A DNA stretch of 64,000 nucleotides. Source: Azolla caroliniana (Eukaryota; Plantae; Polypodiophyta). Position numbers and translations under genes: made by a program. The stretch lies in assembly GCA_043228905.1 (NCBI GenBank), contig JBHGNT010000008.1:10416001-10480000 (forward strand), read 5' to 3'. Below the pieces are notes generated by a model that did not search any database, had not been told where the DNA came from, and saw nothing but the letters and a program-made list of their open reading frames with translations. Shown here piece by piece: positions 26,201 to 36,916 of the stretch (positions are counted from its first letter, which is position 1; each line of letters begins with the position of its first letter).

Positions 26201-28862
26201 AAGAAGTTAGAGGATAATCCTCGGTCACTGGTTCCCAAGTTATACATCCAAGTTGTTTCATCATAACTTCTTGGATCTTCATGTACACCTTATGACTGTG
26301 AAATTAGAAAACGAGATTAGAACTTTCAATTGCACCATATTGAATTCAATATCACTATTTGAAATACTTACTTATTGAACTCAGTGACCATTTCTTCAAG
26401 GCTTAAATCTTTCGCCACAACCCTTGACAAAACAAACACAAGAAGTTGCTCGTCCTTAATACCTTGCATCGCTCTCCACAGAGACAGCTTTATGTCGTCA
26501 ACCGCTTCTTCAATTGTCAAATCAATTTTCTTGGCCGCTTGTGACTTTAATTCTAGTTGAGGGTCTACCTTACATTTCTTTTGTCGCTGACCCTTGACCT
26601 CCTTATTCTCCCACATTGAGAAGATTTGATCTTGTAGGTCCCATACTTCTCCATCTCTAAAGGCAAGTTGAAACCAGGACTCATATTTCCGAAGACCATC
26701 AGACTTAACATTATCATCCACCACAATGCCGACTTCACGCTTGCACTCAGCATACTTGAAGAAGAAAGTCGTTGGATGTTCTCTCACAAGTTGCCGACGT
26801 GCCTCCACTGAATGCGATCCACCAATTACAAAGTACTTATGTCAAAATCTTCAATGGTTTTACATTCTTCGGGATCTACCATAACAATAAAAGGCACAAC
26901 GGTAGCATGTGGATTAATTTTCATTTTTTTCTTGAGATTTTGAACATGCATTCGGTGTGGCTCTCTGATCTCAAGTGGTCTTCGTCTTGTTTTTTCATCT
27001 ATAGGAGGCCGATGGATGTGTGTTATAGGCAAATTAAACACTTACCCTTTTCTGACTAGTTTACGTTGCATTAACTCTCTCCGTATCTTATTTTGCTCAG
27101 ATGACAACACACCCGATGCCAGCTCAGCTCCTGGCATCCCCTTAGTGTCCTCATCTTCGTTTGAGCTTGATGAGTCGGAGTCCGACATTTTAGTGGTCTT
27201 CTTTTTTGCTGGTCTTGATTGCACTTTAGATGCCCTTTCCGGGGCCTTCACTAGGGGGGGGGGGGGGGGGGGGAAGGGCTCCCTTAGGGTTACATGGCCT
27301 TGTATATAAGGCCTCAAGGTGACAATAAGGTTTTTGGAGATTTCTAGATCTTTTTTTAAAGATTTTGGCCCACATGATTCCTTTACTAGTAGATCTTCAG
27401 AAAGGTACACTTTACGTACCCCCTTAGAGCACTCAATCATTACAAGTATGTTGGCTGAATCTGAATCTTCGTAGTCAAATCTTAGAATACGGCCATACAT
27501 AAATGCGGTTTCATTTTCAAGCTGATCATCGCCCTTCTTCTTTACTGTATACAACACGACTTTTTTCTTGGAGTCGATGTATTGCATACACCATTCCTTG
27601 TCCGTTAGATCACGGTCAGGAAGGTCCTCACCACCAGTAGCTGCTAACATTTTGTTTTGGCTGACCTCATTGGATGGTTGAGATTTTGTCTCCTCGTCGA
27701 AGAGAAGCTTTTTTCCTCTCTTCATGTTCTCAAGAACTATCAGGGTTGGGGTCTCAATTGGAGAGCCCTATATCCGGAGCTTTATCTTCTTCACAGGTCG
27801 GTCCAACAAGTTCTCAAACGACCTATTTAAGAAAGGACATGCGAAAACATAAGTTAGGTGGTCACGTAGATTAAGGTTGTATATTAAAATATACATAATT
27901 AGATGAAGACTAAAACTAGTAGGTGATTTGTGGTAAACTATAAATATCAATCATGTATTGAGTGAACATGATAGTCCTTTATTCGGAAATCCATTCTAGT
28001 AAGGTCTATTCAACTTCGAAAATTATATATCTTAATAAGTATACAAGGATATATATCATCTTGAAGGGTAGTTATGGGTTATATTGATTCCATATCCTTA
28101 TTGTAGAGAATTTGCATATGATAGGCTTAAATTTGGTACCATAAAGGTAATTCGTGGGTTATTTTCTATTATTTTAAGCTATAATAGGTCATAAAACCTT
28201 TTTAAGTAAGGCCCCTAGTTGTTACAAAATATAGGAAATGTCACTAAAAAAGTCTGAATTTGACAGAAAGTTTGGTATCTTTTCATACATATACTAAATT
28301 GTTCCCCCAAAGACACAATATTCTTGTTAAAATTTTTTGTTTTATACAGTAACTCGATACGCCGTATCGAGTTTGTGTATAAAGTTTGTGTTTATACAGG
28401 AACTTGATACAGGGTATCGAGTTACACATACTTTACACAGGAACTCGATACGGCGTATCGAGTTCCTGTATAAAACCCAAACTTTTTACAGGAACTCGAT
28501 ACGTCGTATTGAGTTCCTGTATGAAACAAGAACTTTATACAAGAACTCGATACGCCGTATCAAGTTCCCGTATCAAGTTCCTGTATAAAAAACACGAACA
28601 TAATACAGGAACTCAATATGGCGTATCGAGTTCCTATTGAAAACGCAAACTTTATACAGGAACTGGATACAGCGTATCGAGTTCCTGTTGAAAATGCAAA
28701 CTTTATACAGGAACTCGATACGCTGTATCGAGTTCTTATTTAAATCAAACAGGAACTCGATACGGCGTATCAAGTTCTTGAGTCCTAAAACATATTTACA
28801 AAAATATCCAAAGTGTCAGACGCTTACTTGGAGTCTTGGCGCTCGATTTTCTTTGAAGACAT
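26201..28862 (-). pseudogene. ParB-like/methyltransferase gene, copy 1 (exon 1, exon 2 and part of exon 3; MTase exons missing)
   Basis: Exon 1 MSSKKIERQDS|GTAAG; highly similar protein to 59262-60899; a ~180-bp deletion and a small frameshifting deletion near the GGSHS motif; truncated by the copia LTR at 26200. Confidence 0.85.
28350..28777. repeat. Array of ~9 palindromes GAACTCGATACG-N-CGTATCGAGTTC, mostly 51-bp period, in intron 1 of the ParB-MTase gene
   Basis: Units start near 28350, 28400, 28441, 28492, 28543, 28609, 28660, 28711, 28753. Confidence 0.92.
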
Positions 28863-31241
28863 GGTAGACGTTGTCGATGCTTAGGGGGAGATCTCAGTTT
28901 GGTGCTTCGTGCTCGGTGTGCTCTTGTGCTTTGTTCTGCGCATGTGCTTCGTGTGATTGAAATATGAGGAGGTCTTCCTATTTATAGGGATTGACCACAG
29001 TGGTTAAAGTAACCACAGTCACTTTAACCAGGGTTGGCAACCTTAAGGTTAGTTAGTTAGTAACCACAGTCACTTTAACTAGAGTTACTTTATTTAGTCC
29101 TTAATCTTGAGTGTACCAATCACTCTCTAATGGATTTGAAATAAATGATGCTTATGAATGCATCAATGATTAAATAGTCAAACTAACATAATAATGATTA
29201 TTTTATAGTCAAACTAACATACAATGACTTTGAAGGTCGTGAAGGAAGCAATGATAGAGGTTCATGAATGAACCAATGATTGAATACTCAAAGCAACATT
29301 TTGTAATTATATTATACTTGATTTAACTTTATACATACTAGATTAAGTAATTATTAATATGTTGAATACAATTATTATATTAAAAATAATATCTTTATTT
29401 ATTGTATTAATATAATATTAAATAATATAGACATTATATTGAGGGAGCTTCTGTTTAGAGAGGAGTTTATGTTTAGAGAGGAGTATATGTTTAGAGAGGA
29501 GCTTATCAGTTTTTTATGTTAGCCTAAGCACATAACTTAAAGAGCTCTTTGTGGACCTTAAGCCATGAGTGAAGACTCACCATTCTCGATTGAAGAATAT
29601 TGTTTTCATTAGACTCTTCGTTTCTACCGAAGAGTATTGTCTGTCGACAGACTTACCATTTTCTATCGAAGAATATTGTCTGAACTCATCTTCACCTACA
29701 ACGCCTGTGAATAATGACACATGTGAAGAGTTCTCTATTGAAAAATACGATATTAATAAAGATACGGAGAATGAAGGTAGTGTCAATCAAACATCAAATA
29801 TCATGGGCGATGGTCACAACAAAGAATTGGATAGTAACAAGTTTACACCAACTTCTATGCAGGAAGAGAAATTTGGAAGCCCTATGCATATTAGAAGAAT
29901 CCCACGAAAAATCCGTCTGGCTAGATTTAACTTGGTGACATCAGATAAGCAGATTGGATTTGATGTCAAAAAAATATGTTGTGCCCGTAGTTGTATGTCT
30001 ACAATTGGAAAATCAAAGTTGCGAGAATTAAGGCGATACTATTTTTCGATGACTGGTGATGAGCAAGACACTTACCTCGGGTCACATATGCAACTAGTGC
30101 CTGACAAATGTACGGGGATCAAAGTATCATTCGAGTATTATATCTTCCATGCGCAACAGATATGTAGAGTTGCATTCAAAATTGCGTTATGTGTTAGTAA
30201 CATGCGGCTACATAGAGTACAACAACGACTACTTAGCGGGGATCATATGCTCAATTGTAATGAGGTTCCAAGTATGAAAGGTGCAATTGGAAGACATGCT
30301 ATTAGTTGAATGAAAAGTTACTTTCAGTTAAATTGTGAAGTAATGCCCACTACAGGTAGGATGCACCTCTCTAATAATTACACACGCCAGGACGTTTATG
30401 ATGTCTATCGATCTGATATGGTGGGCTCACGTAATAAGTCTGTCACATATAGCCAATTCACAAGATTATGGAGACCTCAGTTTTCAAATGTTATCATTCC
30501 ACGTTGTCGTAGTGTATTCCACACACTACGTGAAAATCATAAAATAATATATCCGATTTTAGATACATATAAATAAATAAATAATATATCAAAACATTTA
30601 TCATGTGCATAGGGCAAGATTCGAACCCTGCACCTCCACATAGATAAACCCCAACTTTACCATTGTAATAACTTATCTTTTGTGTTATACATATAACACA
30701 TATAAGACCTTTATTTACACATACCTTTATTAAAAGGTAAAAATCATGTATTCTTTAGGGTGTGAATATTTTATTTACACGTGACATTAAAAGTGACTCA
30801 TGCACATCTAGCGTGCATGAGCCCTATACTTAGGAAATCACAAAGCATCACATGCACATTTAGTGTGCATGGACACTTTAGGTGAAAAAGCATGAAGCCA
30901 TGCTTAGCCTCTTCCATCTTTATATAAGGAGGAGAGAAATATGTATAAGGTTGTTGATTAATATACAAGGATGGATCAATCTAATATATTCGTGGGATTC
31001 ACGAATTTTGCCATCTAAATTACTCTTATAATTTAAATATTGTTTTAAATACACTAAACTCGTGGGATTCACGAGATTGCTATCTTACTTCTCTTTCCAC
31101 TATTCATAACTAGCCTTAAGTTGTATTCCTCTTCCTCCTAGTCAAAAGCCTCGGCGGTTCCCACCTGACTCACGTAACGATCCGGAGCCGAAAGGCACGA
31201 CACAGTTGGTGAACCCGACGTGAAAACCAGGTGGCAAGGAG

Positions 31242-33284
31242 ATGGAAAATCAACCGAAGGCTAGCAACATGATGATGATGTTCGAGCGCATGCTACAAGA
31301 ACAACGCGCAATGTCGGAGATAGCGGCATCAGTGGAGCGGCTCGTGCAACGAAACGGGCAATTCAACGGGAAAGACGTGCCGCGGTATCTTTGGGACTAC
31401 AAGGCGGAGATGCTACGGTGTGGAATATCGGAAGTACTGCAAGTGACGTCCTTCGACCGGGTGGCGACCGATGGGCTTCAAGCAAGCATCCATGGGCTAC
31501 GACAGCAAAATCCGACATGGGAGGCGTTTGAAGAAGAGCTAAAGAGGACGTTCGCCATCAAGGATTCCTCCAAGGCGACGCGAAGGGGATTCGAAGATTG
31601 GGTGGAGATGTCGGACAAGGGATTGAAGGTTGTTGATATGTTTTCGGCATTCGAAAGCCGGTTCGGGAGGTTGTCCGCGAGAGATCAAGCTATCCTCGTA
31701 CCGAACAAGGTGATCATGTTCTTGCGAGCCGTGGACGTCCGGGACCGGAAAGATCTCGGAGTGCTCTTGGAGGACACGACCACGGAGAGTGGCCTCACCG
31801 AAACATGGGAAAGCGTGCGGGATATCGTCGCGCGATACACGAAGAGGGGGCAATGGCTTGCCAACGAGGAAAAGAGGGTTTCGGAACCGATTCTGAAACC
31901 GAGGACCGGATTGGAAGACCATCAACCGAGGGCTCGGGAGACTACTACCGAGAAGGGGATTGATGCATCTACGGTGGAGCAACTATTGAAGGAGATGGAG
32001 AATCTGAAGATCGCGATGGTGAAGAAGTCGGATGACCGCCCCACAAGCTCCAAGTATACGGACCGACGGTGCATATGGTGCGATAGCGCCGAACACGATC
32101 GGAGGGATTGCGACGAGCATAAGGAGGCGCTACGGCGGGATCTCATCTACTACGAGGGAAACCGGATTCATTCGATGGACTCTCGGAAGCCACTCCGACC
32201 GAACTTCCGGAAAGGCGGAATGAAGAAGGTGCTCGAGGAGGAATTGGCGGCAAGAAGCAACAATGTGACAACCGCGGGAATATGTGTCGGGGAGTCATCG
32301 AGAGCAAAGACGTCTTTTTGGCCGGAAGTTCTAGAAAACACCGAGAAAACCGACTCCAACGAGATCCGAAGCACCGCGGAAGGCGTCCGGGAAGCTACGG
32401 GATGGGAGTGCCCTGTCGACAAGAATAGCGTATACGCCCTGTGTCAATTGCATAAAGTGTATGTGGATGAGAAACGACGACGCACGGAGGATGCGGCCGG
32501 GCCATCGAAGATACCGGAAAGCTGGAACTCCAGAGGTAAGGGAAAAGAAAAGGCGACTCCGGCATTCAAGCTCACCTCGGACATAGAACAACAAACCGAC
32601 TTGAAAAGAGTGTTCGAGGAAAGAATCTTGGATAGCCGGGTAGATTTCTCGCTTCGGGAGCTACTCGGAATAGCAAAGAAGGAGTTCCACGATCTTCTCA
32701 TGGATCTCGTGAAGCGAAAAAGACAAAGTACGGAGGAAAATGCTCCAAGGGTGAATGCGAACACCGTTTTAATGAACAACATCGAAGTGGAGGACGAAAT
32801 TTCGAACTCCCACTATACAAGGCCACATTGGGCACGTGCGACTACGGAGACTCCGGTCCGAATCGGCAACATCAAAGAACTCGTGGTAGCATTGATTGAT
32901 CACGGATCAGAGATCAACTTGATGTCCAAGGAGTTCTACCGGAAGGGGAAGTGGCCTATTAACACCAACCATGGATGGAAGATTCGGGCGGCCACCAAAG
33001 CAATGGAAGATCTATTTGCGGCTTGTCCGGATGTGACGGTGAAGATCAGGGATGTCGAGATCGACCAAAATTTCTTCGTGCAAGATGAGGTTTCACATTC
33101 CGTCATCCTCGGCCAACCCTTTATCACTACATCACGGATGGAGACGAAGGTGCTCGATAGCGGTGCGGCTTTTGCGCGAATTCGGAGCCAAAACGGTGGG
33201 AAATCCGTCCAATTCCTAACGGTGCCGGCAAATCACGAAAGGAACAAGAGGGAACTCTTGTCCCAAGTGAGAATGGATTTTTAA
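31242..33284 (+). CDS. Gag-protease (680 aa)
   Basis: CIWCDSAEHDRRDC zinc knuckle; ALIDHGSEINLM aspartic protease; ILGQPF. Confidence 0.9.
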   Translation: MENQPKASNMMMMFERMLQEQRAMSEIAASVERLVQRNGQFNGKDVPRYLWDYKAEMLRCGISEVLQVTSFDRVATDGLQASIHGLRQQNPTWEAFEEELKRTFAIKDSSKATRRGFEDWVEMSDKGLKVVDMFSAFESRFGRLSARDQAILVPNKVIMFLRAVDVRDRKDLGVLLEDTTTESGLTETWESVRDIVARYTKRGQWLANEEKRVSEPILKPRTGLEDHQPRARETTTEKGIDASTVEQLLKEMENLKIAMVKKSDDRPTSSKYTDRRCIWCDSAEHDRRDCDEHKEALRRDLIYYEGNRIHSMDSRKPLRPNFRKGGMKKVLEEELAARSNNVTTAGICVGESSRAKTSFWPEVLENTEKTDSNEIRSTAEGVREATGWECPVDKNSVYALCQLHKVYVDEKRRRTEDAAGPSKIPESWNSRGKGKEKATPAFKLTSDIEQQTDLKRVFEERILDSRVDFSLRELLGIAKKEFHDLLMDLVKRKRQSTEENAPRVNANTVLMNNIEVEDEISNSHYTRPHWARATTETPVRIGNIKELVVALIDHGSEINLMSKEFYRKGKWPINTNHGWKIRAATKAMEDLFAACPDVTVKIRDVEIDQNFFVQDEVSHSVILGQPFITTSRMETKVLDSGAAFARIRSQNGGKSVQFLTVPANHERNKRELLSQVRMDF

Positions 33285-33418
33285 AACGGACTGTTGCGGA
33301 GTGGGGAAGTGATAGTCCGAGAAGCCCTGATACCCCACATAGGAAGAAAACTCTCGGAGTAAAACATGTATGAATCGGTCCGGATGGGGCATCTACGTAC
33401 ACGACCATAACCGGAGGA

Positions 33419-36400
33419 TTGAAGAAAGGATACCGACAAGTGGAGGATAAGTTGCGGTCGGCATCAATAATAAAAGAAGATGAAGAAATCGTGGGGATAG
33501 TCGAAGAAATGTTCTATGGGAGCACGCTACAACGACTTGAAGAGCTTGCGGAAGATAAAAGCCAAGGGAACCGGGTAGTCCCGGTGGAATCGGTCGAGAT
33601 GTACGAGATCATTGCGAAAATGGAGCCGGATACGCTCCGCAAAGAAGAAGCAATGGTAAGTACGAAATACAAGACCATGGAGAAGAAGGTGAAACCGGCC
33701 GCGGGACCACTACCCGCCGATACTGAACAAAAGAGGAAAGAAGTCTCGGGAGATCCGACACTTCGGAAGTCCGTGGATATCGGACATGCCTTCACGGATG
33801 AGACCCGGAAGAAACTTCGGATCGGTGGAGGTGGGTTCCTATTGCAAAAAGAAGAAGAACGGTTTCGCGAAATGTTGGAGCAACACGGCAAAGCGTTTGC
33901 ATTTACATCAAGGGAGATAGGGTGCGTCGATCCGAGAATAGTGGAGCCGATGGTGATCTTCACGATTGACCATGTACCGTGGAACCTGAAGCCGATTCCG
34001 GTGCCACGAGCGCATATTCCGAAAGTCATTGACTTGCTCAAGGAGAAGGTGGCGATGGGGATTCTAGAGCCATCAACTGCTCCGTACTCAAATCGATGGT
34101 TTACGGTTCCGAAGAAGAATGGGTCACTCCGATTTATCCAAGACTTGCAACCGGTGAATAAGGTCACGATCCGGAACTCGGGAGTCAGTCCGATAGTGGA
34201 CGAATTTGCGGAAGCTTTTGTCTGTCGTGCGATATACTCCATCGGAGACCTATACTCGGGGTATGACCAATTCCAACTAGTCGTGGAGAGCCGAGACATC
34301 ACAACCATGTGAACACCGATAGGATTAGTCCGAATGTGCACACTACCACAAGGAGCGACAAACTCGGTTGCTCATATGATGAACGCGATGAACAAGGTGC
34401 TTCGAGACTGCATTCCAGAGATAACGATGCCGTTCTTCGATGACATTCCGATGAAAGGATGCGCGGTAGAAGAAAAAGATGAGACTATGGATGATCGGGG
34501 ATGCCGAAAGTTCGTGGTCGACCATATTCATGATTGCGAGAAAGTGTTGCGAAAGCTAGAAGATGCGCACCTAACACTTTCCGGGGAGAAATCGGCATTC
34601 GGGCAAGAAGAAATATTGGTGGTCGGACATCTATGTGGGCCCTACGGCCAAAGACCGTCACCAACAAAGATCGATGCGATTCAAGCTATGGAGGAAGTAT
34701 GCGAGTCAACATCCGAAGTCCGAAGGCTTCTCGGTGCATGTGCATTCTATCATATATGGATTCCGCACTATGCACATATAGCGGACCCGCTCTACCACTT
34801 GTTGCGGAAAGGTAAGAAATTCAAATGGAAACCGGAACACACCAAAGCCATGAAGAAATTGAAGAAGACACTTCGGAGGGCGGAAGCACTTAAGAAGCCA
34901 AGCTACGACCGACCGATCATAGTAACGGTTGATACAAGTCCAACCGGTATCAAGTGGGTCATCAATCAAGCCGACTCGGATGGTTCGCGATATCCGATCC
35001 GATTCGGAGCAAAGGTTCTCAATGAAAGGCAACGTGGATATGCACAAGTCAAAAGAGAACTGTGGGGAGTCGTGTCGGTGATAAAATCGGATCGGGATTA
35101 TTTGATCGGAGCCGAAGTGGTGATCGAGACGGATTGTCTTCCGATACTCGGGATGATGCGGTGTTGTACGATACCGGATGTAGCTATGCTAAGGTGGGTT
35201 GCATATGTCAAGTCGCTTAATCCAGAGGTTCGACACATCTCGGGGAAGGACAACACGGTAGCGGATATGTTATCAAGGGCTCGGTTCGGAGACGACATAA
35301 CCGAATCGGATAATGAAGAAGTTTCCGAAGACTACTTCGCGTCGGAGCACATATGCCGAGTGAACGTAATCCGAGAATTCCGGGAAGAAGAATACGAGGG
35401 AGAAAGCTTGATGATCGGAAAGATGTTACAAGAGGCCGAGGATTCAACAAACGATAAAGGAAGAAGAGCCGAGATCCAAAGGAAGAAGAGGCAAGTCCAA
35501 AAGTTCTTCTTGGAAAACAGATTAATATGGAGGGCGCCGAAAAGACCGGATGGTATACCACTTCGAGTAGTCGGGACAAAAGAGCAACGAAACCGGATAA
35601 TGTACGAGTTTCACAAATCCGATTGGGCTGGACACCGAGGAACATGGGCAACATTTGTGAAGATCAAGCAAAAATATTGGTGGAAGAAAATGTACAAAGA
35701 TGTCACGGAGTTCACGGAAAGCTGCGAGAAATGTCAAGTCTACTCCGGGGTTCGACATCGAGATGAGTTACATCCGACATTCTCACCGACAATCAACTTC
35801 AAGTGGATGGTCGACATAGTGGCCATGCCGACCAGGATCGGACAAAAGAAATACTTGGTATTAGCTCGGGAAGATCTCACGAATCAAGTAGAAGGTCGAG
35901 CGCTTCAGAGGAAAACGTGTTCCGCGGTATGCCAATTTCTTTTGGAGGAAGTATTTTGTAGGTACGGGTGCGTAGGACAAGTGATTGCGGACCGGGGAGA
36001 ACTCGACTCAGACAAAGCTAGGGGATTCTTCGCCAAACACGGAGTTCGGTTATCGCTGACAACGGCATACAATCTGGAGGCCAACGGGAAAATCGAACGA
36101 GGACATAGTCCGATCATGAAAGCACTTGCGAAGGCATGCGATGGAAAGGTGAAGGACTGGCCGCAGATGCTTCCGTATGCACTATGGGCGGATCGGACGA
36201 CGCATAGCTCCGTAACCGGTTACATGCCGGCAGAACTCATGATCGGACAAGCACCGGTAATGCCAACGGAAACTGCGATCGCAACATGGACAGTGCTACC
36301 GTGGAAGGAAGAGATGAGCCGGGAAGAACTACTAGCGGTCCGGATACGACAACTAGAGGGAAGACCGGTAGACATAGCGGAAGCAATACGCCGACAACAA

Positions 36401-36916
36401 GAAGCACGATTCCGGAACAAAAGCCGGTTCGACACAAAGCACCGACTACGACCGAGGAGGATTGAAGAAGGAGATTGGGTGATCGTCTATGACAGTATTT
36501 TGGACCATCAACATACAACGATGCGGAAATTCGCGAAAAGGTGGTTCGGGCCATACGAGGTTCGGAAAGTCTTCGACAACGGAACATACCGACTGTCCGA
36601 GTTGGATGGAACAATACTACGAGTGCCTATAGCCGGGAAGCGGGTGAAGATTTTCAAGAAGCGGACCGACGACAAACCCTATGTGATCCAAGCCAAGGCC
36701 GACAACGAGGAGCAATCGGACGAAGACCACGGTGATGCGGGAAGTGAAGAAAGTGAATTACAACTCATAGTCGACATAAGGGGAGAATCGGAGGAAGCTT
36801 TGGGTGAAGACGGATATGAGGAATCGAGAACTTTGGCACATACCGGAGGATGTGCGGGTTCGGAGGGGGCGAGTGTCGTAGTGTATTCCACACACTACAT
36901 GAAAATCATAAAATAA
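33419..36916 (+). pseudogene. Pol: RT, RNase H, integrase (premature TGA at 34310)
   Basis: DLYSGYDQF, LPQGATNS and PFFDDI RT; VDTS...RELWG RNase H; H..GH..CEKC, IADRGE and NGKIERGH integrase; WFGPY. Confidence 0.9.

Noticed and set aside
27253-27273. Poly-G runs (also ~15368-15391) as functional G-quadruplexes
   Set aside because: Absent from the homologous position in copy 2; more likely slippage or a sequencing homopolymer effect.
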